Shown here piece after piece: positions 1 through 11,527 of a stretch of DNA of 64,000 nucleotides; the first letter of the stretch is position 1; each line of letters starts with the position of its first letter. The position numbers and the translations under genes are program-made. Source of the DNA: an uncultured Pseudomonadota bacterium (lineage in GTDB: Bacteria > Pseudomonadota > Gammaproteobacteria > Xanthomonadales > Wenzhouxiangellaceae); assembly GCA_942491245.1 (NCBI GenBank), contig CALNZT010000001.1, positions 960 to 64,959 on the forward strand, read 5' to 3'. The notes beneath the pieces are model-generated. The model worked only from the letters and a program-made list of their open reading frames with translations, was not told the origin of the DNA and did not search any database.

Positions 1-1206
1 CATCGACACCAGAGCCGAGGCTATCTTCGCGTGAGGCGCCGACAACGACCCGACGCGTCGCGCCGTCGTTCACGGCAATGCTTGCGCCGAATTCGTCACC
101 CGCATCGGTATTCGAGGCCTTGAGGTAGCCGGTCTGCCCCCAGCCGCCTACGCCATTGCCCAGGATGAGATACGCGGCCTCGGCATGGCCCCGTTGTCGG
201 CCTGGTCGCCGTTGACGTTGATCGCCCGGTTGCCCTCACTGGAGCACCTACGGCGACCAGAATATCGGTTCCAAATGGGCTCGGGGAGCCGGTGATGTCC
301 ACAGCGCTGCCAAACAGATCATTGCTCTCGGTGTTGGACGCTTTCAGATACCCGAGCGGCAACCAGTTATTGCCCTGACGAATATACGGATAGACCGCAC
401 CAGCGCCCAGCAGGGAATTGTCGCTCTGATTTCCGCCACTGCCGGTGGCCGCGCTCTGCTCGAACGGCGCGCCAACCACAACCCAGTCCTGGTAGATCGA
501 TACCGAATTGCCGAAGGCGTCGCCGGAATCGCTGTTGCTTGCCTTGAGGTAGGCCTGCTGTGCCCAGACGCCTCCACTGCGCTGGAAGATATAGGCCGCT
601 CCCGACAGGCTGGATGAATTGTCTGCCGGGTTGCCCCCGACACCCGTTGCGCCGCTGTTCCTCCCCCGGCGCGCCAACGAGCTGCGTATCACCGTCGATG
701 GCGACTGCGCCCTGAAAAAATCACCCGCTTCCGAATTGGACGATTTGATGTACGCCTCGAGCTGCCAGAGGTCGTCTTCTCCGCGCGTATAGACATAGAC
801 CGCGCCGGAGTTCTCGGCCGAATTGTCCGCTGGGTTGCCATTGATGCCGGTCGCACCACTGTCTTCGTTCGGGGCACCCACGACGATGGTGTCGCCATCG
901 ATTGCCAGGGCTGAACACGCCAAACTCATCACCGGACTCCGAGTTGTTGGCGCTGAGCACATCGACGATCAGCCACTCTCCAGATGCTTGCCGCTGATAG
1001 ACGACGACATTGCCGTTCGTCCTGCCCCTCGGCGACGCCGGAACAACGACGTGGTCGCCTGAGACAGCCACCGACCGCCCCCGCTGGATTTCCTGATCGC
1101 CGGCAGACTTGAGATAGGCCTGATGCTCGAATGCGCCATTGGCGGTATTCGGAGCGGCGAAAAGCGCCAGAAAGACGGAAAGCGTCAACAGGGTCTTGAA
1201 CATCAT
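1..1206 (-). CDS. Secreted FG-GAP/integrin-alpha-like beta-propeller repeat protein, frameshifted, runs off the left edge
   Basis: Signal peptide MMFKTLLTLSVFLALFAAP from 1206; repeated AYxKASNxxxxDxFGxSVxI...VVGAP units spread over ORFs 721-1206 and 96-962, with a further GYLKASNTDAGDEFG repeat near 90-135. Confidence 0.8.
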
Positions 1207-1376
1207 GAGTCCTCACTGGTGAAAGAGCGCGTTCGCTCGGGGAGGGCTCAGGCTAGACGAAGCACCCTGCGCTAACTTGAAAACAAGTTATCGTTAACTT
1301 GAAATTTTGGCCGCGCCGGCCGTCGAAAGCCTCCCCGCGGGCGCATCCAGCGCCGATCGCCCGCTCCTGCCCTGCT

Positions 1377-1739
1377 TTAGTTTTCCGAGGCGGTCCCGAT
1401 AAGTGCACGCCAGGACCAACGCACCCAGACCAGCCAGGCGAGCAGCGCCAGGCCGGCGGCAATCACGTGGGATTCATACTGTTCACCGAAGCGGGTGACC
1501 GCCATCATGCACAGCACGGCACCGAACCCGGAGACGACCGATACCAGCACCGGATGCGGATCTTTTGGTGACACCAGGGCCCAGCGGCGAAAGCCGCAAA
1601 CGAAGACCAGCGGCGCGGCAGCCGCCACCGACGCACCAAGGACGGCCATCAGCGGCGCTTGCTCGGACAGGGTGAACGCGGACCAGAGCAACACCGCCAG
1701 CCAGATCAGAACACCAGCCGGGGTCAACACCCGGCTCAC
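1377..1739 (-). CDS. Small membrane protein, about 4 TM helices, hypothetical
   Basis: Hydrophobic 120 aa ORF whose start overlaps the fbp stop. Confidence 0.65.
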   Translation of the reverse strand: MSRVLTPAGVLIWLAVLLWSAFTLSEQAPLMAVLGASVAAAAPLVFVCGFRRWALVSPKDPHPVLVSVVSGFGAVLCMMAVTRFGEQYESHVIAAGLALLAWLVWVRWSWRALIGTASEN

Positions 1740-2746
1740 TGGTGATGCAGCTCGGCGACCCGCTCCACCTCTTCGCGCGAGCCGAGCACCACCGGTACAC
1801 GCTGATGGATATGAACGGGCTGGACATCGAGGATGCGCGTCGTGCCGGTGGTCGCAGCACCCCCCGCCTGTTCGACGATCATCGCCATGGGGTTGGCTTC
1901 ATACATCAGGCGCAGCTTGCCGTCCTTGCCCTGCTGGCTGAGCTTTGAATCGCCCGGGTACATGAAGATACCGCCGCGGGTCAGAATCCGATGGACTTCG
2001 GCCACCATGGAGGCCACCCAGCGCATGTTGAAGTCCTTGCCGCGCGGACCCTCCTTGCCGTCCTGACACTCGTCGATATAGCGCCGGACCGGGTCGGCCC
2101 AATGCCGCCGGTTCGACATGTTGATGGCGAATTCAGCGGTCTGTTCGGGGATCTGGACGTGCTCACGGGTCAGCAGGAATTCTCCGAAATCACGATTGAG
2201 CGTGAACATGCTCACCCCATCGCCGGTGGTCAGAACCAGAATCGTTGCCGGGCCGTAGAGACAGTAGCCGGCGGCGACCTGCTCGGTGCCGGGTTTGAGG
2301 AAGTCATCATCGCTGGGGTTATGCACCCCTTCCGGGGCCTTGAGTATCGAGAAGATGGTGCCGACCGAAACATTGACATCGATATTCGACGACCCGTCCA
2401 GCGGATCGCAAAGGACCAGGTAGTTGCCGCGATGGCTGGACTCCGGAAGGTGATGAATCTCATCCATCTCCTCGGATGCCAGGGCGGCGATATGCCCGTT
2501 ATGCGCCAGCGCCTCGATCATCAGATCATTGCTTATGATGTCGAGCTTCTTCTGCTGCTCACCCTGAATATTCTCGCTGTCGCTGGCGCCGAGCACGCCC
2601 ACCAGATCGCCCTTGTTGACCAGATCGGCGATCCGTTTGCAGGCCACGGCAATGTCGTTGAGCAAGCCGGTAAAGGTGCCGCTGGCGCCCCGGATCCCTT
2701 TTTGCTTGTTGATGGTGTAGTTGGTCAGCGTGGTACCGATGCGCAT
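1736..2746 (-). CDS. fbp: Class 1 fructose-1,6-bisphosphatase
   Basis: Motifs [20 protein letters not shown] and [10 protein letters not shown]; start MRIGTT at 2746 preceded by GGAG. Confidence 0.95.
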   Translation of the reverse strand: MRIGTTLTNYTINKQKGIRGASGTFTGLLNDIAVACKRIADLVNKGDLVGVLGASDSENIQGEQQKKLDIISNDLMIEALAHNGHIAALASEEMDEIHHLPESSHRGNYLVLCDPLDGSSNIDVNVSVGTIFSILKAPEGVHNPSDDDFLKPGTEQVAAGYCLYGPATILVLTTGDGVSMFTLNRDFGEFLLTREHVQIPEQTAEFAINMSNRRHWADPVRRYIDECQDGKEGPRGKDFNMRWVASMVAEVHRILTRGGIFMYPGDSKLSQQGKDGKLRLMYEANPMAMIVEQAGGAATTGTTRILDVQPVHIHQRVPVVLGSREEVERVAELHHQ

Positions 2747-2872
2747 CGGATGGTCTCCAGGAAACGGTGATGATTCAGCGCGCATTATAGTCAACAGCCG
2801 CCGCCGTCCCGAATCCTCCACGCTTCTATCGTTATGGTTGGGCGCTGACTCGAATCAAAGGGATCAAGACAT

Positions 2873-4163
2873 ATGAGCGTCAACGCCTTCGAACGTGCGC
2901 TGGAGCGAATCACGCAAGCCGCCGAACACAGTGACATTCCAGACGAAACCTGTCAGCGCCTCGCCAACCCCAAAACCATGCTGTCGGTCTCGGTACCCGT
3001 GCGCATGGACGATGGCAGCCTTCGCATGTTCACCGGCCATCGCGTGCTTCACAGCGATCTGCTCGGGCCCGGAAAAGGCGGCCTGCGCTACCACCCGGAT
3101 GTTGATCTTGACGAGTGCAAGGCGCTGGCGCTGTGGATGACCTGCAAATGCGCGGTGATGGGCCTGCCCTTCGGCGGCGCAAAGGGCGGCATTTCGGTCG
3201 ATCCCAAGGACCTGTCGCTGATGGAGATCGAGCGCTTGTCCCGGGGCTTCATCCGACGCATCGCGGATGCCATCGGCCCCGACACCGACATCCCCGCCCC
3301 CGATGTCTATACCAACGAACACATCATGGGCTGGATGATGGACGAATATTCGCACGCCGTGCGCCAGTACACCCCCGGCGCGCTGACCGGCAAGCCGCTG
3401 GCGCTCGGCGGCAGCGAGGGGCGTTCAACGGCCACCGGTCGGGGCGGCAGCGTGTGCGTCGAAAAATGGGCCGAGCGCGAATCCTGGCGCACCCGAGGAC
3501 ACACGCGTCGCAATCCAGGGCTTCGGCAACGCCGGCCAGTCGATTGCGCGATTGCTTGATGCCCGTGGCTATCGAATCGTCGCGGTCTCGGACTCGAAGG
3601 GGGGCATTCATGATTCCGAGGGTCTGAACATCGACGAAGTCATCAAGGCCAAGAACGACGGTCAGAGCGTCGATGAAATTTACTGCAAAGGCTCGGTCAG
3701 CGATTCCTGCGATGTCGATCAGATCAGCAATGAGGAACTGCTGACGCTTGATGTCGACCTGCTGATACCCGCCGCCCTCGAGGATGTCATCACCGAGACC
3801 AACGCGGGCGACGTCAAGGCCAGCGTGATCCTGGAGCTGGCCAACGGTCCGACCACCGCCGATGCAGACCGCATTCTGGAAGACCGGGGCGTCGTGGTCA
3901 TTCCGGATATTCTTGCCAACGCCGGCGGCGTCACCGTGTCCTACTATGAATGGGTGCAGAACCGAAGCGGCGACTACTGGAGCAGCGAAGACATCGAGAA
4001 TCGACTGACCCAGCGCATGGCTGCGCAGTTTGATGCGGTCATGGACATCGCCAAGGAGCGCGAGGTTTCCGTTCGCATGGCCGCCTATGTGCTCGCACTT
4101 GAACGTCTGGGCCAGGCCGCTGCCGCCCTGGGCACGCGGGAATTCTTCAATGGCCATCGTTGA
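2873..4163 (+). CDS. gdhA: Glu/Leu/Phe/Val dehydrogenase (glutamate dehydrogenase), one frameshift near 3485-3495
   Basis: GPGKGGLRYHP, GGAKGG and DIPAPDV in ORF 2873-3559; VAIQGFGNAG and ELANGPTT...PDILANAGGVTVSYYEW in the next frame. Confidence 0.9.
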
Positions 4164-4249
4164 TGTGAGGTAAAGTCGAAGGCTGACCAACCCCCATCAA
4201 ACGATAATTCATCAGGCCAACAGGCCCAAAGAAAAATGAGGACAACCCC

Positions 4250-5536
4250 ATGAATTCAGTCCGACAGCTGGCGCTGGCCAGCATTCTGCTACTGCCCTCC
4301 CCCTTGATCCACGCATCGACGTGGATACATTGCGGCTCACTGCTTGACGTCGAAGCCGGCGAGCTGCTCGGTCCGACAACTGTCGTGGTCGAAGACGGTA
4401 TCGTCGATCGGATCGAAGACGGCCTGAAGCCTGTGCCCGACGCGGCCGACCGCGTTGATCTGAGCAACCTGACCTGTCTGCCGGGCCTGATGGACATGCA
4501 CACCCATGTTCTCTACCAGTCCAGCCCGAGTGCCTACATCGATCGCTTCACGCAGAATCCGGCCGATCTGGCCCTGCAGGGCGCCGACTACGCACGAACC
4601 ACCCTGGAAGCAGGTTTCACGACCATCCGCGATCTCGGCGATCGTTTCAATGTCAGCATCGCCCTGCGCAACGCGATCAATGCCGGCACCACCGTTGGTC
4701 CGCGAATCTACACCTCGGGCAAATCCCTGGCCACGACCGGCGGCCACGCCGATCCGACCAACAGCTGGCGGGCCGATCTGATGGGTGATCCGGGTCCGCG
4801 CGAAGGCGTGGTCGACGGCGTGGCGCAGGCCCGCGAAGGCGTCCGCCAGCGCTACAAGGACGGTGCTGACATGATCAAGATCACGGCGACCGGCGGCGTG
4901 CTCAGCGTGGCGCGCAGCGGCCTGGCACCGCAGTTCCACCCGGATGAAATGGAAGCCATCGTCAGCACCGCGCGTGACTACGACATGCAGGTGGCGGCTC
5001 ACGCGCACGGCAAGGAAGGCATGCTGCGCGCCATCGAAGCCGGCGTCACCTCGATCGAGCACGGCACGATGATGGACGATGAGGTCATGGCAGCCATGGT
5101 TGAACATGGCACCTGGCTGGTCGCGACGATCATGGCAGGCGACTTTGTGGCCGAGAAGGCGGAAATCGACGGCTACTTCCCGGAGATCATCCGGCCGAAG
5201 GCGCGCATGATCGGACCCTTGATGCAGGACACCTTCGGTCGCGCCTGGCGCGCTGGGGTGAAGATTGCCTTCGGGACCGACTCCGGCGTCAGCGCTCATG
5301 GTGACAACGCGCGCGAATTCGAATTGATGGTGGAAACCGGCATGCCGGAAATCGAGGCCATCCGCGCCGCGACGCTGAACTCGGCCGAGCTGCTCGGTAT
5401 CTCCGACACCGCTGGCGTGATCAAAGCCGGCTACTGGGCCGATATCGTTGCTGTCGAAGGCAATCCTCTCGACAATATCAGCATACTGCGCGACATCCGA
5501 TTCGTCATGAAGGACGGTGAAATCTACCTCGACTGA
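4250..5536 (+). CDS. Exported metal-dependent amidohydrolase (Xaa-Pro dipeptidase-like)
   Basis: Signal peptide; PGLMDMHTH, IKITATGG, AHAHG, SIEHG and FGTD motifs. Confidence 0.9.
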   Translation: MNSVRQLALASILLLPSPLIHASTWIHCGSLLDVEAGELLGPTTVVVEDGIVDRIEDGLKPVPDAADRVDLSNLTCLPGLMDMHTHVLYQSSPSAYIDRFTQNPADLALQGADYARTTLEAGFTTIRDLGDRFNVSIALRNAINAGTTVGPRIYTSGKSLATTGGHADPTNSWRADLMGDPGPREGVVDGVAQAREGVRQRYKDGADMIKITATGGVLSVARSGLAPQFHPDEMEAIVSTARDYDMQVAAHAHGKEGMLRAIEAGVTSIEHGTMMDDEVMAAMVEHGTWLVATIMAGDFVAEKAEIDGYFPEIIRPKARMIGPLMQDTFGRAWRAGVKIAFGTDSGVSAHGDNAREFELMVETGMPEIEAIRAATLNSAELLGISDTAGVIKAGYWADIVAVEGNPLDNISILRDIRFVMKDGEIYLD

Positions 5537-5559
5537 CGGTCACCGATCAGCAAGGCACG

Positions 5560-5589
5560 AAAAAGGCGGTCACCGACCGCCTTTTCTTT
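5560..5589. terminator. Bidirectional intrinsic terminator
   Basis: AAAAA-GGCGGTC-ACC-GACCGCC-TTTT between convergent genes. Confidence 0.85.
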
Positions 5590-5612
5590 GCCCGCTTCAT
5601 TCGTCGCCCGAT

Positions 5613-7289
5613 TCAATCGTCGCGGCTGCTGCGCCAGATCGACAGCAGCAACCAGATGCCGCCCAAGGCTGCGCCGACGAAACCGAGCAGACCGAAAATC
5701 GGGATCCCGGCTTCTGATGGCCGGACATTCATGGCGATGGCCGAACCGATGATCAGGGCCGCCGTGACAATGCCCAGCGTGAGGCGGCTGGCCGCCCCAT
5801 CCAGTCGATGGCTCACTTCCTTGAGGGACTTGACGTCCACGTGCACCTCGATGCGCCCGCGCCGTGCCGTGCGCAGCAATCGACTCAGATCGTCTGGCAG
5901 CGAGCCCAGCGTCTTGGCAATCTCGACGACTGAGCGCTGGGCGCGCTGGGCAACGGCGAACGGGGAATAGTAGCGACGAATCACGCGCTCGACGACCGGT
6001 TGCGCTTCCGAAGCCATGTCGAATTCCGGATCCAGCGCTCGCCCCATTCCCTCCAGCGTGATGAAGGCCTTGAGCATCAGCACGAGATCGGGTGGGAGCA
6101 CCAGATGGTGTCGCCGGAGCACGCTGGTCATGTCGCCGATCATGTCGGCCAGATCCAGCTGTTCGAGTGGAACGCCGTGATATTGGTCGATGAATTCACC
6201 CAGGTCTTCTTCCAGACGATCCGGATGAGCCTGGCTGTCGCTGCTCCAGTCCAGAAGGATTCGAGTGACCTGAGCGGCATCGCGCTGGACCAGGCCATGC
6301 AGTAGTTCCGCCACCTCATGCCGACGTTCCTTGCTCAGGCGCCCGACCATCCCGAAGTCAAGCAGTCCGATGCAATTACCGGGCAGATACTTGACGTTGC
6401 CCGGGTGCGGGTCTGCGTGGAAAAAGCCTTGCTCGAGAATCATCGAAAGAATGCCCGCGGTTCCGCGCTGAGCGATGCGATGACCATCCAGGCCGGCCGC
6501 ATGCACACCAGGCAGGTCCGACCCGCTGACTCCTGCGATATATTCCTGGACGTTGAGCCGCTCCCCGCTCCACTCCCAGTAAACCCTGGGTATGACGATG
6601 CCGCTATCGTCGTCCAGATCTGCCGCGATGCGTTCTGCGTTGCGGCACTCGGTGGCGAAATCCAGTTCACGTCTGAGCGACTGGGTGAACTGCCGTACCA
6701 GCTCGCGCGGACGATACTGGGCCAGCTCCGGCACTTCCGACTCGACGATATCGGCCAGGCGGGCCAGAAGACGAAGATCAGCCTCGACGATCGGGCGAAT
6801 GCCGGGACGACGAACCTTGAGGACAATCAAGGCGCCATCATCCAGTCGCGCGCGATGAACCTGGGCAAGTGAGGCCGCCGCCAGAGCCGTGTGCTCGAGC
6901 TGGGCGAACACCTGGTCGGGGTGGCAGCCCAGATCCTCGGTCAGCTGCGCTTCGATTTCGGGCCACTCGACCTTGGCCGCCTTGTCCTGCAAGCGCGAGA
7001 ACTCGGACAACCACTCTTCGCTGAACAGATCGACTCGAGTAGCCAGCACCTGGCCCAGCTTGACGAAAGTGGGCCCAAGCTCTTCCATCACGCGACGAAC
7101 GCGTTCAGGCGGCTTGAGACGGGCCAGCTCTTCGGTCCGCTTCAGATGCAGAACCCTGCCGGCCTGTTCCAGCGCCCCGGCCATCCCAATCCGTTGCACG
7201 ACGTCGCCGAAGCCGTATTTGATCAGGACGGCTGCAATGTCCTGTACTCGACCCAGGTCACGGGCGGCGCTGAGGGCTTGCCAGAGCAT
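5613..7289 (-). CDS. AarF/UbiB (ABC1) family protein kinase-like protein
   Basis: LGPTFVKLGQ, AAASLAQVH, VLKVRRP, FFHADPHPGN and LDFGMVG motifs; C-terminal TM helices. Confidence 0.9.
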   Translation of the reverse strand: MLWQALSAARDLGRVQDIAAVLIKYGFGDVVQRIGMAGALEQAGRVLHLKRTEELARLKPPERVRRVMEELGPTFVKLGQVLATRVDLFSEEWLSEFSRLQDKAAKVEWPEIEAQLTEDLGCHPDQVFAQLEHTALAAASLAQVHRARLDDGALIVLKVRRPGIRPIVEADLRLLARLADIVESEVPELAQYRPRELVRQFTQSLRRELDFATECRNAERIAADLDDDSGIVIPRVYWEWSGERLNVQEYIAGVSGSDLPGVHAAGLDGHRIAQRGTAGILSMILEQGFFHADPHPGNVKYLPGNCIGLLDFGMVGRLSKERRHEVAELLHGLVQRDAAQVTRILLDWSSDSQAHPDRLEEDLGEFIDQYHGVPLEQLDLADMIGDMTSVLRRHHLVLPPDLVLMLKAFITLEGMGRALDPEFDMASEAQPVVERVIRRYYSPFAVAQRAQRSVVEIAKTLGSLPDDLSRLLRTARRGRIEVHVDVKSLKEVSHRLDGAASRLTLGIVTAALIIGSAIAMNVRPSEAGIPIFGLLGFVGAALGGIWLLLSIWRSSRDD

Positions 7290-7571
7290 GCGTCATTTCT
7301 CCTTGAGAATCGCTTTTTTCGCAGACATTCGTTCACCTTATCGCATCGCGGCCGAAATGCCCGAATGGTGTCCAGCGTGTTATGCCGAAATGAACTATGC
7401 AACGGCCCAACTGATCTGATCGGCGCGCCCGGAAAATCCTACCATCGTGCTTTTCCATTCACCCGCATAAGAACAAGATACATCGCATGGGCCGAGGCCT
7501 GAACACGATCGCAGAGCAGCGGCCGATGTATTCTGGATTTACCCGACAGCAAACGCCAAGGATCAGACTCG

Positions 7572-8531
7572 ATGATTTACAACAGCATCCTCGACACCAT
7601 AGGCAATACGCCCGTGGTTCGCTTGAATCGAATCGCACCTGAGCACGTCGATCTCTTTGTCAAAGTCGAATACTTCAATCCGGCCAGCTCGGTCAAGGAT
7701 CGATTGGCAATTGCCATCATCGAAGACGCGGAGCGCCGCGGTGAACTCAAACCGGGTCAAACCGTCGTCGAAGGCACGTCAGGTAATACCGGTATCGCGC
7801 TGGCCATGGTCTGCGCGGCCAAAGGCTATCCCTTTGTTGCCTGTATGGTCGAGACCTTTTCGGTCGAACGGCGAAAACTGATGCGCGCCCTGGGCGCCAA
7901 AGTCATCCTGACACCGGCTGCCGAGCGCGGCAGCGGCATGGTCCGGCGCGCCAGGGAACTGGCCGAAGAGCACGGCTGGTTCCTGTCTCGCCAGTTCGAG
8001 AACGAGGCCAATCCGGCGTATCACCGCAACACCACCGGGCCGGAGATACTGAGCGACTTTGCCGGTCGCCGGCTCGACTATTTCGTCAGCGGCTGGGGCA
8101 CCGGTGGCACCCTGACAGGCGCGGGCGAGATGCTGAAGCTGGCGCGCCCTGATATCCGGATCGTCGCCACCGAGCCCGAGGGTGCCGCCTTGATGGCCGG
8201 CAATGAATGGAATCCGCACAAGATTCAGGGCTGGACCCCGGACTTTCTGCCCGATGTCCTGAACCGGGATATTGCCGACGAGATCGTTCTGGTCTCGGAT
8301 GAAGAATCCAGAGACACGGCCGTTGCCCTGGCGCGCAAGGAAGGCATCTTCTGCGGGCTTTCCAGCGGCGGCACGGTCGCGGCAGCCCTGAAGGTAGCCG
8401 AGAAGGCGCCGGCTGGCACAAGCCTGCTTGCCATGCTCCCTGACACCGGCGAACGCTACTTGTCCACGTTTCTGCTCGAGGACGTCCACGACGGCTCTGA
8501 CGATGAGTGGTTGAACAGCCTGTCGAATTGA
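7572..8531 (+). CDS. cysK: Cysteine synthase (O-acetylserine sulfhydrylase)
   Basis: NPASSVKDR PLP lysine, TSGNTG, GTGGT and LPDTGERYLST. Confidence 0.93.
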   Translation: MIYNSILDTIGNTPVVRLNRIAPEHVDLFVKVEYFNPASSVKDRLAIAIIEDAERRGELKPGQTVVEGTSGNTGIALAMVCAAKGYPFVACMVETFSVERRKLMRALGAKVILTPAAERGSGMVRRARELAEEHGWFLSRQFENEANPAYHRNTTGPEILSDFAGRRLDYFVSGWGTGGTLTGAGEMLKLARPDIRIVATEPEGAALMAGNEWNPHKIQGWTPDFLPDVLNRDIADEIVLVSDEESRDTAVALARKEGIFCGLSSGGTVAAALKVAEKAPAGTSLLAMLPDTGERYLSTFLLEDVHDGSDDEWLNSLSN

Positions 8532-8543
8532 TAGACTCGGGTC

Positions 8544-9179
8544 ATGACGGTGACCCGAGCTCCATTCAAGCGTTTGACCATCGGCGTTCTGGCCCTGCTG
8601 GCAAGTGCCTGTGCCACAACGCCACCGGGCAATCAGGACGATATCTGCGCCGTATTCGAGCAACACCCGGACTGGTACGACTACGCACTGGCCAGTGAAC
8701 GCCAGTGGGGCACGCCGATTGCCGTTCAGATGGCCTTTGTCCGCCAGGAATCGTCATTCCGCGCACGTGCCAAACCGGAGCGACGCCGGTTGCTCGGCTT
8801 CATACCGCTGCCGAGACAATCGTCTGCCGAAGGCTTTGCCCAGGCTCAGGATCCGGCCTGGTCGGATTACCGTGCGGCCACTGGGCGCCGTTTTGCCAGC
8901 CGTGCCGACATGAAGGACGCGCTGGATTTCATCGGCTGGTATAACGATGTCAGCCACCGTCGCCTGGGCCTGGCCAAGACCAATGCCTATGATCTCTACC
9001 TGGCCTATCACGAGGGCCATGGCGGCTATTCCAGGGGAAGTTTCAGGGCCAAGCCGGAGCTACGCCAGGTTGCCAGTCGAGTCGATCAGTCGGTCCTGCG
9101 CTACCAGCGCCAGCTGGCACGCTGCGAAGATGAGTTTCGATGTGATCGCTGGTATCAGTTCTGGCCGTTCTGCCGCTGA
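8544..9179 (+). CDS. Lipoprotein with SLT/lysozyme-like transglycosylase fold
   Basis: Lipobox LASAC; QESSF catalytic-Glu motif; YLAYHEG. Confidence 0.8.
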   Translation: MTVTRAPFKRLTIGVLALLASACATTPPGNQDDICAVFEQHPDWYDYALASERQWGTPIAVQMAFVRQESSFRARAKPERRRLLGFIPLPRQSSAEGFAQAQDPAWSDYRAATGRRFASRADMKDALDFIGWYNDVSHRRLGLAKTNAYDLYLAYHEGHGGYSRGSFRAKPELRQVASRVDQSVLRYQRQLARCEDEFRCDRWYQFWPFCR

Positions 9180-9607
9180 CTCAACCAGATCAATCCATAC
9201 AACCAGCCGCCCAAGGCCCCAGCCAGCGACAGCGCCATCATTCCGGCCGTCGAGCGCGCCGCGCCGATCACCGTTACCGGCAACATCGAATTCATGCACA
9301 ACAAGGCGGTGTAGATCGCCAGAAAGCCGGCCAGACCGAACCAGAACTGCTTGATCGCGGGGAAAGCCGACGCAGGCCAGGCGGCGACCAGCAAACCGAT
9401 CAGCAGCGCGAATGCGGCAACGATGGCATAGGTGGGCGCAAAACTGAGCAGGTCGAACAGACTGACTTCGATGCGCAGCCCGAGCGGAATCGAGGGGCCC
9501 AGGGCGCTGATGGAAGCCAGATTGAACTGGGTCTGGATCAGACTGCCAGCGACTGCAGCCACGAGCACCGCGACGAAAAATGCGATCAACCACCGGACAA
9601 CTGCCAT
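9155..9607 (-). CDS. Membrane protein, about 4 TM helices, hypothetical
   Basis: Hydrophobic 150 aa ORF divergent from the PQQ-dependent dehydrogenase. Confidence 0.7.
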   Translation of the reverse strand: MAVVRWLIAFFVAVLVAAVAGSLIQTQFNLASISALGPSIPLGLRIEVSLFDLLSFAPTYAIVAAFALLIGLLVAAWPASAFPAIKQFWFGLAGFLAIYTALLCMNSMLPVTVIGAARSTAGMMALSLAGALGGWLYGLIWLSQRQNGQN

Positions 9608-9711
9608 GCCATCTTTCCCTGCGAGACGAGACTTGAAGATCTAGTTTAACGAATCCTCGCCATCAACCCGTTACCATCGCATCTTGCTCCGTTATCAGGA
9701 TCCCAGCTGTC

Positions 9712-10806
9712 ATGGTCAGTGCCCGCTTTTTCGTTCTCATTCTCGCCCTGTTTTCCAGCGCCGCCGTCTCGGCACAAATGAAAACCGAGGTGCTTGCCGA
9801 CGGGCTGGAATACCCCTGGGCGCTGGCATTCCTGCCCGATGGCGACCTTCTGGTCACCGAGCGGGTGGGACGACTTCGTCGCGTCTCGATCTCTGGCGAG
9901 GTTTCAGCGCCTATTGCGGGTTTGCCTGACATTCTGGTCAAGAGCCAAGGCGGATTGATGGGCCTTGTCCTGGCGCCAGACTTCGAAGCGTCAGGCTGGC
10001 TGTATCTGAGCTACGCCACGGGACAGTCCGATGCCAACGCCACGCGCCTTGCCAGAGCCCGTCTCGCTGGTGACCGTCTGAGCGATTTTGAAGTCCTGTT
10101 TACCGCCGAACCCCTGCGCAACCGACCCGTGCACTACGGCGCGCGCATGGCCTTCCTGCCCGATGGCAGCCTGCTGCTGACACTCGGAGACGGCTTTGAT
10201 CTTCGCGAACAAGCCCAGAGTCTGAGCAGTTACACGGGCAGTATTGTCCGCCTGCTCCCGAATGGCCAGATACCGGACGATAATCCCTTTATTGGAACCC
10301 CGGGTGCGCTGGGCGCGATCTACACCTACGGTCACCGCAATCCACAGGGCCTGGTCGTTGATACGGTGACCGGAACGATCTGGTCGCATGAGCACGGCCC
10401 GCGCGGAGGTGACGAACTCAATCGCCTGATTGCAGGCGAAAACTACGGCTGGCCGATTGCCACCCGGGGCATCGACTATTCCGGTGCGCGGATTTCACCG
10501 TTCGAAACCTGGCCTGAAGCCCGCGAGCCCGAATGGGTCTGGACACCGTCGATCGCACCCGCCGGAATGGCGATCTATCGCGGCGACGCCTTCACGGACT
10601 GGGACGGCGACCTGCTCATCGCCAGCCTTGCCGAGCGCAGCCTGCGGCGGGTCGATCTGGACGCTGATCGGGTTGTCGGTGATTACTTGATCGAGCTCGA
10701 TATCGACGAGCGGCTCAGGGATGTCCGCGTCAGCCCCGACGGCAGCATCCTGCTGCTGACCGACTCGGCTGAAGGCCGGATTCTGCGGCTGCTGCCCAAC
10801 CCCTGA
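9712..10806 (+). CDS. PQQ-dependent sugar dehydrogenase (soluble aldose/glucose-sorbosone type)
   Basis: Signal peptide; PWALAFLPDG, QGGLM, YGHRNPQG, HEHGPRGGDE and NYGWP. Confidence 0.9.
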   Translation: MVSARFFVLILALFSSAAVSAQMKTEVLADGLEYPWALAFLPDGDLLVTERVGRLRRVSISGEVSAPIAGLPDILVKSQGGLMGLVLAPDFEASGWLYLSYATGQSDANATRLARARLAGDRLSDFEVLFTAEPLRNRPVHYGARMAFLPDGSLLLTLGDGFDLREQAQSLSSYTGSIVRLLPNGQIPDDNPFIGTPGALGAIYTYGHRNPQGLVVDTVTGTIWSHEHGPRGGDELNRLIAGENYGWPIATRGIDYSGARISPFETWPEAREPEWVWTPSIAPAGMAIYRGDAFTDWDGDLLIASLAERSLRRVDLDADRVVGDYLIELDIDERLRDVRVSPDGSILLLTDSAEGRILRLLPNP

Positions 10807-10863
10807 ACGCGTACTGACCGCTTGGCAAGACGGGCGACAGCGCCGCCTGCCTGAGAAGACGTC

Positions 10864-11490
10864 TTAGCCTTTACCAGAGCGCTTGGGGCGGCCACCATCC
10901 TGAGCAGAATCATCATCACCAGAGGTCGCAGCGCTGTTCGCTGACGACTTGGAGTCACCAGTAGTTGGCGCCGCCTTTGCTTCAGCTCCTTCGGGAGCGG
11001 CCTTGGGGGAATCGCCCGCTGACTTCGGTGCAGCGGAGGCCCTCGCCTCGGATTCTGTGCCCTCGCCAGCCTTTGGCGTCTCTTTCCTGCGTTCTGAGGC
11101 GGCTTGAGCGGGCTTGCCCGCGGCGGTGGCTGGCGTTTCACTGCCGGCATCACCTGCCCCAGCCGTGGTCTTTCCGATCCGCTTCAGGCGGATTTCCTGA
11201 TCGGAGACCTTCGGCATGCGTTCGCGAATCACCTCATCATCAACCAGGCGCTCGGCCCCGTCGCTGAGATGATCGAAGACCTTCTTGTAGCTGTCCGTGA
11301 GCTGATTGATCAACTCGGCGGTTTCGACGAAATGGTCGTTGACCGCGTCGCGGAATTTTTCGTTTTCCTCGCGCAAGGCCTTGACCGAATGGGCCGGCCC
11401 GGCGGCGTTACGATTGATCAACCAGACCACAAACGCACCGATCAGGACACCCAGTACCAGTGCACCCACAATCCACCAGATCTCAGCCAT
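10864..11490 (-). CDS. YhcB/ZapG (DUF1043) family membrane-anchored protein with a low-complexity tail
   Basis: N-terminal TM, then VNDHFVETAELINQLTDSYKKVFDHLSDGAERL coiled coil; Ala/Glu/Ser-rich tail. Confidence 0.8.
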   Translation of the reverse strand: MAEIWWIVGALVLGVLIGAFVVWLINRNAAGPAHSVKALREENEKFRDAVNDHFVETAELINQLTDSYKKVFDHLSDGAERLVDDEVIRERMPKVSDQEIRLKRIGKTTAGAGDAGSETPATAAGKPAQAASERRKETPKAGEGTESEARASAAPKSAGDSPKAAPEGAEAKAAPTTGDSKSSANSAATSGDDDSAQDGGRPKRSGKG

Positions 11491-11527
11491 TACGATAATT
11501 CCTTGTATTGCATGAAGCTCCAGTCTA

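Noticed and set aside
3480-3560. Programmed ribosomal frameshift in glutamate dehydrogenase
   Set aside because: No slippery heptamer is visible and many unrelated genes show similar breaks
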